Source: Egibacteraceae bacterium
Lineage (GTDB): Bacteria; Actinomycetota; Nitriliruptoria; Euzebyales; Egibacteraceae
Length of the DNA stretch: 32,000 nucleotides
NCBI GenBank assembly: GCA_040905805.1
Contig: JBBDQS010000048.1
Location: 1 to 32,000 of the forward strand
Direction: 5' to 3'
A model generated the notes under the pieces. The model was not told the DNA's origin. It did not search any database and saw nothing but the letters and a program-made list of their open reading frames with translations. Numbering within the stretch: position 1 is the first letter of the stretch; every line of letters starts with the position of its first letter. Both the position numbers and the translations under genes were made by a program. This document shows, in pieces, positions 22,494 through 30,095 of this stretch.

Positions 22494-25400
22494 TCAGCCC
22501 GGGGCAACGGGATCACGGCTCACCAGCGCCAGCAGGGATGGCAGGACCAGCAGCGAGGCTGCCAGCGCCAAGAAGATCATCACCGCCGTGAGCAGGCCAT
22601 ACGAGGCAAAAAGGGGCATGGGCGCGAGGGCGAGGATGCCGAAGCCGAGCATGCTCGAGAGCGCCGACGCCCCGAGCGCCAGGCCGGTGCTGGCCCCGGT
22701 CGCCCGCAGCGCCGCCTCGCGGGTGGAGAACTGGGCGATCTCCTCCCGGTAGCGCATGGTGATGTGGATGGCGAAGTCGATGCCGATGCCGATGGAGATG
22801 GCCCCGATGGTCGCGGTGACGAGGTTGATCGTGAACCCGAACGCGTACATGAACGCGTATAGCCACGCGACGACGAGCAGGATCGGCACGATGCTCACGA
22901 CCGCGTAGCGCAGGCTGCGCATGAAGATCGCGGCGACGAGCAAACAGAGCACGATCGCGATCGGCAGGGAGATCTGCAACGCCCGGGCGATGGCGTCGAG
23001 GCTGGCCTGCCGCGCGAACGGCGCACCGGTCAGCACCGCTGTCGCGGCGGGGTCGATGGCCTGCAGGCGATCCTCCAGGTCGGCCACGAGCGGCTCGAGC
23101 TGGGTCCGGGCCGCCTCGACGCCCTCCTGCCCGCGGGTACCCGTGATCGGGAAGTCGACCCTGCTTGCCTGCGTCTCCCCATCCGGCGACTGGTACAGCA
23201 CCTCCCCGACGGCGTCGGGGGTCCGTGCCAGCCGCGCCTCGTCGGCGGCCACACCGGCCTCGAGCACGGTCGTGTAGACGGCCGCCAGCTGCTCGGCGGT
23301 GTCGGGAAGGCCATCCCCGTCGTCGTCGGTCAGCTCCACACCAGCCGATGCGGCGACGGCCGCGGCGGCGGCAGGGGCCTCGGCGACATCCCGGACGACG
23401 CCGAGGACGCCGTCCTCGAGCTGCACCCTGCCGTCGTCGTCGCGGGCCAGGGCCGGGCTGTCGGCGGCGTGGATCGCATCGACGAACTCCTGCACGGCCG
23501 TGAGCGCGCGAGGATCGGTGAGGTCGCCCTCGAGATACACGATCCCCGGCTCCCCGACGGACCCGGCGAAGTGCTCGTCGATCTTGTCCAGCCCCACGAC
23601 GAAGTCGCTGTCCGGCGTGAAGAAGTCGTTGACGTCGAACTCGGCCGGGACCTGCACCGCGAAGAAGGCACATCCCACCGTGATGCCCAACACGACCGGC
23701 AGCAGCGCCACCCGGTAGCGTGCCAGGCCGGCGACGACGCCACCGAGCGTGGTGGCCAAACGCCCGGGGTCGCTGGCGCGCGGCTCGGACGTCGCCGGCT
23801 CGGTGACCGCACCGTCGGCGGTCACCGGCTGCGGCGATGCGGCCGCGCGACCCGCGATGACGCAGGGGGCGACCAGGAAGGCCACGATGTACAGGCCCAG
23901 CAGGGCGACACCCGCGGCGGGCAGGACGAAGGCGCTCAGCACGACCGACCCCATCGCGGCCCCGGATGCCAGCACCGACCCGACGACGGCCAGCAGCCGC
24001 CGGCGCGGAGACCGCGGTGCCGGCCCGACACGCTCCTCGACGCGCATGAGCACGACCGGGGCCACGATGCCGAGGACCAGGAACGCGGAGAGCAGCCCGA
24101 GCGATGCGGCGATGCCGAACTGCACGATCGACTGGATCCCCGACGACACGTTGGCGAGGAAGGCCGCCGCGTCGGAGCTGAGCGCGAGGACCAGTGCACC
24201 CATCACCCCGCTCATGCCCAGGAGCAGCCCCACCCTCGGGGTCGTGCCGGCTGCCCGCACCTCCTTGTAGCGGCCGAACGCATGGAAGGCGAAGTCCACC
24301 CCGAACGAGATCATCGCGATCGGCACGATGGTGCTGAGGATCTGGTCGGCCTCCATGCCGAGCAGATTGGACAGGCCGTTCAGCCAGACGATCAGCGTCG
24401 CGAGCCCGCCGCCGACGATGGCGACCGGCCAGTAGGACCGGTAGGTCAACCCCACGATGAACAGGACGCCGAGGATCGCGAAGCCGATGAAGGGCCCGGC
24501 TGCCTGCCCCTGCTCCGCGCTGGTGAGGTTCACGTCGATCGCGATGCCCCACGTGCGGCTGTGGGCCTCGCCGCCTTCGAGCACCTCGACGACGTCGCGG
24601 GCGAACTCCTCCTTGGTCGTGTCGTCCACGCCGATCGTGGCCCCGGCCGGCGGCCCCCCGACGGCGTCGTCGTCGGCGAGCACGACGAAGCTGGTGGCCG
24701 GCACCAGCCAGTCGCCGGTGTCCGGGTCGCGCGTCGACTGTGCCGACAGCCCCAGCTCGGCGATCCCCGCGTCCTCGATCAGCCGGCTTGCCGCCGACCG
24801 GACGTCCGCGTCGTTGGCTGCGGCCAAGCCGCCGATGCCGGTCTGCCGGAGCTCGGCGTCCACCATGTCGGCGATCGTGTGGAGGCCGTCCACCTCCATG
24901 TCGGCCTGCGGATCGAAGAAGGACCACAGCTTGGGGCCGATGTCGGGATCGTCGCGCAGGGCCTGGCCGTTGGCGAGCAGTTCCGCAAGGGGTTCGGCGC
25001 GCAGCAGGTCGCCGTCACGGGCCTCCACCACGAATGGGATGAGGAACGTGGGCGACGCGAACCGCTCGTTGACGAAATCGCGGGCCGTGAACACCTCCCC
25101 GGCGGGCTCCTGCGACGCGAAGCCGTCCGGGGGCAGCGCGAGGAACGGGACGGCGAGCAGGGCGGTGGCCGCCAACGCCAGCGCGATGACGATCCCCGAG
25201 CGGCGGGCCATCCAGCGCACGAGCCGCGACGGCTCGTCGGGGTCCCGCTTCGGGACGACCGGCTCGGGGCCAGCCGGCTCCGGCGAAGGGGTCTCACGGC
25301 GCTGATCGCCTCGCTTGAGCCCGCGGACGTCGAAGACGAGGCGCTGGTCCGCCAGCCGGATCTGGTCACCGTCCTTGAGCTCGGCCACGCGCACGGGTGC

Positions 25401-26084
25401 GCCGTTCACGAACGTCCCGTGGGCGCTGCCGAGGTCCGACAGCTGGTAGCCGTCCCCGAACTGACGGACGACCGCATGCTGGGCGGAGACGGCCGGCGCG
25501 TCGAGCACGAGGTCGTTGTCGGGATGGCGGCCGATGCGCAGCTCGTCGCGTTCGGCCACATCGGAGGCCAGGTTGCGGGGGCCCTCCGCGGGCTTCCCCT
25601 GCTCGCTGGAGCTGGCGCGTAGTGCCGCCGTCTGACGCAGGCCGCGCGCCAACCCCGGCTCGCGTTCGAGGAGACGCTGGACGTCCGTGGCACCGATGGC
25701 CCACAGGCGCGCGGCGGTCTCCGCCCGCACGGTGGCGCTGCGCGGCTGGTCGTTCACGAGGGCCATCTCCCCGAAGAACTCCCCGGGGCCCAGCCGGGCG
25801 ATGGGCTCCCGCTGCTCGCCGGCTTCGGGCTCGACCAGCACGGTGCCCTGCTCGATCAGGTAGAGGGCGTCACCGGTGTCGCCCTCCCGCACCACGACCC
25901 GACCGGCGGTCACCTCGATGGGTCGCAGGAGCTCGGCGACGTCGGTCTGCGACAGCGGCGACAGCAGCTGGAAGACCGCCACCCGACTGAGCATCTGCAC
26001 CCGTCGCGGCAGGTCCGTGGCCTCCGGCGTCAGCGGGATGGCACTCGTGGCCTTCTCCGGGCGCTGCTCCTCCCGTCCGACCAT
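22494..26084 (-). CDS. MMPL/RND-superfamily transporter (12 TM, two large extracytoplasmic loops) with an N-terminal cNMP-binding + FHA module
   Basis: ATG 26084 has GGAGGG about 6 nt upstream; the track start at 26171 adds an Arg-rich leader. CNB: 'FFGEMALVNDQPRSATVRA'. FHA: 'RIGRHPDNDLVLDAPAVSAQHAVV...LGSAHGTFVNG'. Two 1+5 TM bundles follow ('ISFGVDFAFHAFGRYKE', 'GIGIDFAIHITMRYREE'). Confidence 0.85.
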   Translation of the reverse strand: MVGREEQRPEKATSAIPLTPEATDLPRRVQMLSRVAVFQLLSPLSQTDVAELLRPIEVTAGRVVVREGDTGDALYLIEQGTVLVEPEAGEQREPIARLGPGEFFGEMALVNDQPRSATVRAETAARLWAIGATDVQRLLEREPGLARGLRQTAALRASSSEQGKPAEGPRNLASDVAERDELRIGRHPDNDLVLDAPAVSAQHAVVRQFGDGYQLSDLGSAHGTFVNGAPVRVAELKDGDQIRLADQRLVFDVRGLKRGDQRRETPSPEPAGPEPVVPKRDPDEPSRLVRWMARRSGIVIALALAATALLAVPFLALPPDGFASQEPAGEVFTARDFVNERFASPTFLIPFVVEARDGDLLRAEPLAELLANGQALRDDPDIGPKLWSFFDPQADMEVDGLHTIADMVDAELRQTGIGGLAAANDADVRSAASRLIEDAGIAELGLSAQSTRDPDTGDWLVPATSFVVLADDDAVGGPPAGATIGVDDTTKEEFARDVVEVLEGGEAHSRTWGIAIDVNLTSAEQGQAAGPFIGFAILGVLFIVGLTYRSYWPVAIVGGGLATLIVWLNGLSNLLGMEADQILSTIVPIAMISFGVDFAFHAFGRYKEVRAAGTTPRVGLLLGMSGVMGALVLALSSDAAAFLANVSSGIQSIVQFGIAASLGLLSAFLVLGIVAPVVLMRVEERVGPAPRSPRRRLLAVVGSVLASGAAMGSVVLSAFVLPAAGVALLGLYIVAFLVAPCVIAGRAAASPQPVTADGAVTEPATSEPRASDPGRLATTLGGVVAGLARYRVALLPVVLGITVGCAFFAVQVPAEFDVNDFFTPDSDFVVGLDKIDEHFAGSVGEPGIVYLEGDLTDPRALTAVQEFVDAIHAADSPALARDDDGRVQLEDGVLGVVRDVAEAPAAAAAVAASAGVELTDDDGDGLPDTAEQLAAVYTTVLEAGVAADEARLARTPDAVGEVLYQSPDGETQASRVDFPITGTRGQEGVEAARTQLEPLVADLEDRLQAIDPAATAVLTGAPFARQASLDAIARALQISLPIAIVLCLLVAAIFMRSLRYAVVSIVPILLVVAWLYAFMYAFGFTINLVTATIGAISIGIGIDFAIHITMRYREEIAQFSTREAALRATGASTGLALGASALSSMLGFGILALAPMPLFASYGLLTAVMIFLALAASLLVLPSLLALVSRDPVAPG
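25329..25994 (-). repeat. Copy B of the CNB+FHA-encoding dispersed direct repeat (in the MMPL gene)
   Basis: Same orientation as copy A, about 3.7 kb away. By hand count, about 70 of the first 100 encoded residues are identical, with a single 1-aa offset across the module. Confidence 0.7.
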
Positions 26085-26200
26085 GCCGCACCCTCCGGTC
26101 CGCGGACTCGGGCGCCAGGTGAGGGAGCTCGCCCCTCGCCTTGCTCGACCACGCCGTTCAACGCGTCCCACACGCGCCGGGTCATCCTAGCAGCGAGGCA

Positions 26201-26230
26201 GGCCCGGACGGCCGCTGTGGGCCGTGGGCC
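26201..26230 (-). terminator. GC-rich hairpin just downstream of the lactate permease stop (possible U-tail-less intrinsic terminator)
   Basis: GGCCC(26201-05)/GGGCC(26226-30) and ACGGCC(26208-13)/GGCCGT(26220-25) pair, with a 2-nt bulge and a 6-nt loop. The hairpin starts 8 nt after the stop at 26238. There is no T-run, so this is weak. Confidence 0.3.
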
Positions 26231-26237
26231 CCCGCGT

Positions 26238-27812
26238 CTAGGCGAACCACCAGGCGAGCACCCCGGCCGCCAGTGCGTAGGCGAGCGCGATCCATGCGGT
26301 TCGGCGCAGCACGTCGCCCTCCTGGCCGCTGAGGCCGACCGTTGCGCCGGCCGCCACGATGTTGTGGGGGCAGACGATGTTGCCGATCGCGGCGCCCGCA
26401 CCCTGCGCCCCGGCCATGGCGGGCACGGGCAGGGCCAGCGACTCCGCGGTGGCGACCTGGAAGTCGGTGAACAGGATGTTCGAGGCCGTCGCCGAGCCGG
26501 TCACGAAGGTGCCGAGCGCCCCCACCAGCGGCGCCACCAGGGGCCAGCCCCCGCCCGCAGCGGCGGTGGCCGCCACCGCGAGGCTGTCCGTCATGCCCGC
26601 ATGGACCATGAGCCGGGAGATCGCGAGCATCGCCACCAGGGCGACCGCGACGGGCCCCAGCCGGCCGACCGTGGTCCGCACCGCCCTCCACACCGCCCCA
26701 GCCGACGTGCCCTGCAGCAAGGCCCCGATGGCGAAACCCACGACGAGCATCGTCCCGGGGTGGTACAAGGGCGCGATGCTGCCGGTGAAGCGCCCGCCGA
26801 GCTCCCAGTCGAGGGTGACGGCGGTCAGCGTGTCGCGGACGACGGGCACGAGCCGGGTCGTGAGCACGGCCGCGACCAGCACCAGGTAGGGCGCGGCGGC
26901 GCGGGCGGCGGCGCGCGCCCCGCCGGTTGGCGGGCCGCCCTCCGTCTCCAGGGCCGCGCCGGTCGGGGTGGCGGATCCGGCGGTGGTCCGCGCGGCGGTC
27001 CGGCGTGCGACGAGCAGCGCGCCGGCGAACACCGCACCGCCCGCCAGGGCGCCGCCGAGCGTCGGCAGCTCCGGACCGACGTGGCGGGAGAGCAGGTGGT
27101 AGGGCAGGAGGAACGACGCCCCGGCGAGGACCCCCCACGGCCAGAGGCGCCCGTGCTCCTGGCCCGCCGCGGGCAGGGCCCGTCGAACCAGGAGCAGGAC
27201 GACCGTCAGCAACAGCCCGCCGAGCAGGACGTGGTAGATGCCCGTGGCACGCGACAGCTCGAGGCCGGACAGCCCCGTGGCGGCGACCTGCGGGATGATC
27301 GGTGTGCCCACCGCGCCGAACGACACCCCGATGGCGTGGCCGACCATGGGGATCGCCACCGCGTCGACCCGGGGGAACCCGGAGCTGACCAGGAACGGCG
27401 CGGCCAGCGCGACGGACGCCCCGAACCCGGCGGCGCCCTCGACGAACAGGGCGAAGAACCAGGCGATGAGCACGGCCAGCAACCGCGGGTCGGCGGTGAG
27501 GCGACCGAGCGCGAGGCGCAGCACCTCGGTGGCGCCGGTCGCGTTCTGCAGGTGGTGGATGGCCAGCGCCGGCACGATGATCCAGAGGATCGTTGCGGCG
27601 GTGAAGGCCGACTCGGCGACGACGCCGCCGAATGCGGTGCCGGCAGCCAGCTGGCCGTCAACACCCCGTCCGAATCCGAACGCCGCGAGGGCGACCACCG
27701 CGGTCGCCGCGACCCCGGCCAGCCCGGCGCGTGCAGCCGACCAGCGCAGCGCGACCATGAGCACCAGGATCAGCACGACCGGCGTGCCGGCCAGCAGCGC
27801 GTCGACGGCCAT
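26238..27812 (-). CDS. lctP: Lactate permease (LctP/LldP family)
   Basis: 524-aa polytopic protein. 'PLVGALGTFVTGSATASNILFTDFQ' matches the LldP 'GxxGxFxTGSxTxSNxLF' signature. AGGAGGG lies 5-6 nt upstream of the ATG at 27812. Confidence 0.85.
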   Translation of the reverse strand: MAVDALLAGTPVVLILVLMVALRWSAARAGLAGVAATAVVALAAFGFGRGVDGQLAAGTAFGGVVAESAFTAATILWIIVPALAIHHLQNATGATEVLRLALGRLTADPRLLAVLIAWFFALFVEGAAGFGASVALAAPFLVSSGFPRVDAVAIPMVGHAIGVSFGAVGTPIIPQVAATGLSGLELSRATGIYHVLLGGLLLTVVLLLVRRALPAAGQEHGRLWPWGVLAGASFLLPYHLLSRHVGPELPTLGGALAGGAVFAGALLVARRTAARTTAGSATPTGAALETEGGPPTGGARAAARAAAPYLVLVAAVLTTRLVPVVRDTLTAVTLDWELGGRFTGSIAPLYHPGTMLVVGFAIGALLQGTSAGAVWRAVRTTVGRLGPVAVALVAMLAISRLMVHAGMTDSLAVAATAAAGGGWPLVAPLVGALGTFVTGSATASNILFTDFQVATAESLALPVPAMAGAQGAGAAIGNIVCPHNIVAAGATVGLSGQEGDVLRRTAWIALAYALAAGVLAWWFA

Positions 27813-27845
27813 GGATACCCTCCTGCGCCAGCCGGGTTCCGGGAG

Positions 27846-28850
27846 CTAGTTGAGCCGCTCGGCCGTCACCACGTGCAGCCCGCCGTCGCCACGTTCGAAC
27901 GCGCTGATGTTGCCCAGGGTGGTCTCGGCGATGTGCGCGAGCGCCTCGGCCGTGAAGAACGCCTGGTGGCCGGTGATGACCACGTTGGGGAAGGTCTGCA
28001 GCCGGGCGAACACGTCGTCGGTGATCACCCGGTCGGACAGGTCCTGGAAGAACAGCGCCTCCTCCTCCTCGTACACGTCCAGGCCGAGGGCGCCGAGCTT
28101 GCCGGACTTCAGGCCGTCGACGACCGCGCCGGTGTCGACCAGTGCGCCCCGGCTGGTGTTGATCAGCATGGCGCCGTCGCGCATCAGCCCCAGGGCGTCG
28201 GCGTCGATGAGGTGATGGGTCTCGGGGGTCAGCGGACAGTGCAGCGAGACGATGTCGGCCTCGGCCAGCAGCTGCGGCTGGGGCACATACTGGACGCCGA
28301 CCGCCAGGCACTCGTCGCTGGGGGAGGGGTCGAAGGCGAGCAGCCGGCAGCCGAACCCGGCCATGATGCGGGCGAAGACCCGGCCGATGGCCCCGGTCCC
28401 GACGATGCCCACCGTCTTGCCGCACAGGTCGAAGCCGAGCAGGCCGACGAGGGAGAAGTTGCCCTCCCGCACCCGGGCGTGCGCCCGATGGATCTTGCGG
28501 TTGAGCGTGAGGATCAGCGCGACGGTGTGCTCCGCGACCGCGTGGGGCGAGTACGCCGGGACCCGTGCCACCGTGGTGCCCAGCTCGGCGGCGCGGGCGA
28601 GGTCCACGTGGTTGAACCCGGCGGAGCGCAGCGCGACGAGCCGGACGGACTGCTCGGCGAGGGCGGCCAGGACCTCCGCCCCGAGATCGTCGTTGACGAA
28701 GGCGCACACGGCGTCGAAGCCGGACGCCAGGGGTGCGGTCTCCACGGTCAGGCGGGGCTCCAGGAACACCAGGTCGTGCCCGTGGTCCCCGTTGGCCCGG
28801 TCAAGGTACTGCCGGTCGTACGCTTTGGTGCTGAACACCCCGACCTTCAC
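27846..28850 (-). CDS. ldhA: D-lactate dehydrogenase (D-isomer-specific 2-hydroxyacid dehydrogenase)
   Basis: This is the 3' 334 codons of track ORF 27846..29996. It is collinear with E. coli LdhA as recalled ('VFSTKAYDRQYL', 'RVPAYSPHAVAEH', 'GIVGTGAIGRVFA', 'LHCPLTPETHHL', 'NTSRGALVD', 'LDVYEEE', 'ITGHQAFFTAEAL'). GTG 28850 overlaps the upstream stop (GTGA). Confidence 0.9.
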   Translation of the reverse strand: MKVGVFSTKAYDRQYLDRANGDHGHDLVFLEPRLTVETAPLASGFDAVCAFVNDDLGAEVLAALAEQSVRLVALRSAGFNHVDLARAAELGTTVARVPAYSPHAVAEHTVALILTLNRKIHRAHARVREGNFSLVGLLGFDLCGKTVGIVGTGAIGRVFARIMAGFGCRLLAFDPSPSDECLAVGVQYVPQPQLLAEADIVSLHCPLTPETHHLIDADALGLMRDGAMLINTSRGALVDTGAVVDGLKSGKLGALGLDVYEEEEALFFQDLSDRVITDDVFARLQTFPNVVITGHQAFFTAEALAHIAETTLGNISAFERGDGGLHVVTAERLN

Positions 28851-30094
28851 GCTTGGTCCTCTCTCGTGGTGGGCGTCGCCACCGTTGCGCGGCGAGCCGG
28901 CTGTGACCGGGCCGTGAGCACCGCCTGGGAGCCGACCACGGCCACCACGAGCAGCCAGCCGCTGCGAGCGGCCACGGCGCCGAGCATGCCACCCGACGCC
29001 CCGAGCATCGCAGCAACCACGATCAGCGCCACTCCGAGGTTCAGGGCCAGCGGGCGCAGCCGCCCGAACGTCTCCAGACGCCGGCGGATCGCGGTGCGCG
29101 ACGCCGGGTCCGTCCCGCGCACCATCGGGGCGAGGTAGCCGAGCGCACCGAGGATCGCCTGGCCCAGCACGCCGAGCAGCAGGAGGACCCCGAGCGCGTC
29201 GAGCATGGACAGTTGTCCGGTGGCGACCACGAGCACGTCGGCCCACACGGCCAGCACGAGCCACCCGCAGGCGGCCTGCAGCAGCCGGGCGTGCGCGGAC
29301 GGATGCGACCGCTTCCCGGCGCGCAGCACACCCAGGCACACCACGGTCGCGCCGGCCGCATACACCGCCAGGCCGCCGGCGGCGAGCAGCTGCGCCGCCA
29401 GGGCGCCGGCTCCGCCGACGCCGGTCAGCAGCAGCGCCACCGTGGCGACGGTGAGCCCCGTCGCCGCATGGCGCAGGGCGGGCACGGCGGCATCGTCCGC
29501 GCCCTCCTCGATCCTCGTGCGCATCACGGTGGGCCCAAAGAACACCACCGTCGCGAGCAGCGTCAACCCGCCCCAGCCGAGGACGTTGACGTGCAGGTGC
29601 GCGATGCGCCCCGCGCCGTACCAGGCACCGGAGAGCACGCCCGCGCCCAGGAGCCCGCCGAGCAGCGCGCCGTGGAGGAACGCCCCGCAGGCCCGTTCGT
29701 AGCCGCGGACGACGAAGGCGAACCGCGCGGCGAGCGCCTGCCGCCGGGCCCGGCGCAGATCGACGTACAGCCAGCACACCGCGGCGGTGAGCGCCACCGC
29801 GCCGGCGAGGAACACCCCGGTCAGACCGGTGGGAAGCCCAGCAACGAGGAGCACCACACCGGCGTTGAGCAGCAGGAAGCGACCGTGGCGGGCGGATCGT
29901 GCGGGTGTGTGCAGGACCGTCTGGGCGAAGTGGTGGGTGAGGGCGACGACCAGGTTGGAGACCACCCCCAGGGTGAACAGGTGCACGGCAGCCCACCGCC
30001 CGCCGGGCAGCGCGTCACCGACGCCGACCCACACGATCGCCGCGAGCGCGTAGACCGCGCTCGCGACGACGGCGGGCAGCAGCGTGCGTCGCAC
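28847..30094 (-). CDS. Polytopic integral membrane protein of unknown function with repeated His motifs
   Basis: 415 aa with about 10-12 hydrophobic helices. 'AAVHLFTLGVVSNLVVALTHHFAQ' and 'RIAHLHVNVLGWGG' carry conserved-looking His residues. GTG 30094 lies 1 nt after the MCO stop. I recognise no family. Confidence 0.6.
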   Translation of the reverse strand: MRRTLLPAVVASAVYALAAIVWVGVGDALPGGRWAAVHLFTLGVVSNLVVALTHHFAQTVLHTPARSARHGRFLLLNAGVVLLVAGLPTGLTGVFLAGAVALTAAVCWLYVDLRRARRQALAARFAFVVRGYERACGAFLHGALLGGLLGAGVLSGAWYGAGRIAHLHVNVLGWGGLTLLATVVFFGPTVMRTRIEEGADDAAVPALRHAATGLTVATVALLLTGVGGAGALAAQLLAAGGLAVYAAGATVVCLGVLRAGKRSHPSAHARLLQAACGWLVLAVWADVLVVATGQLSMLDALGVLLLLGVLGQAILGALGYLAPMVRGTDPASRTAIRRRLETFGRLRPLALNLGVALIVVAAMLGASGGMLGAVAARSGWLLVVAVVGSQAVLTARSQPARRATVATPTTREDQA

Positions 30095-30095
30095 G

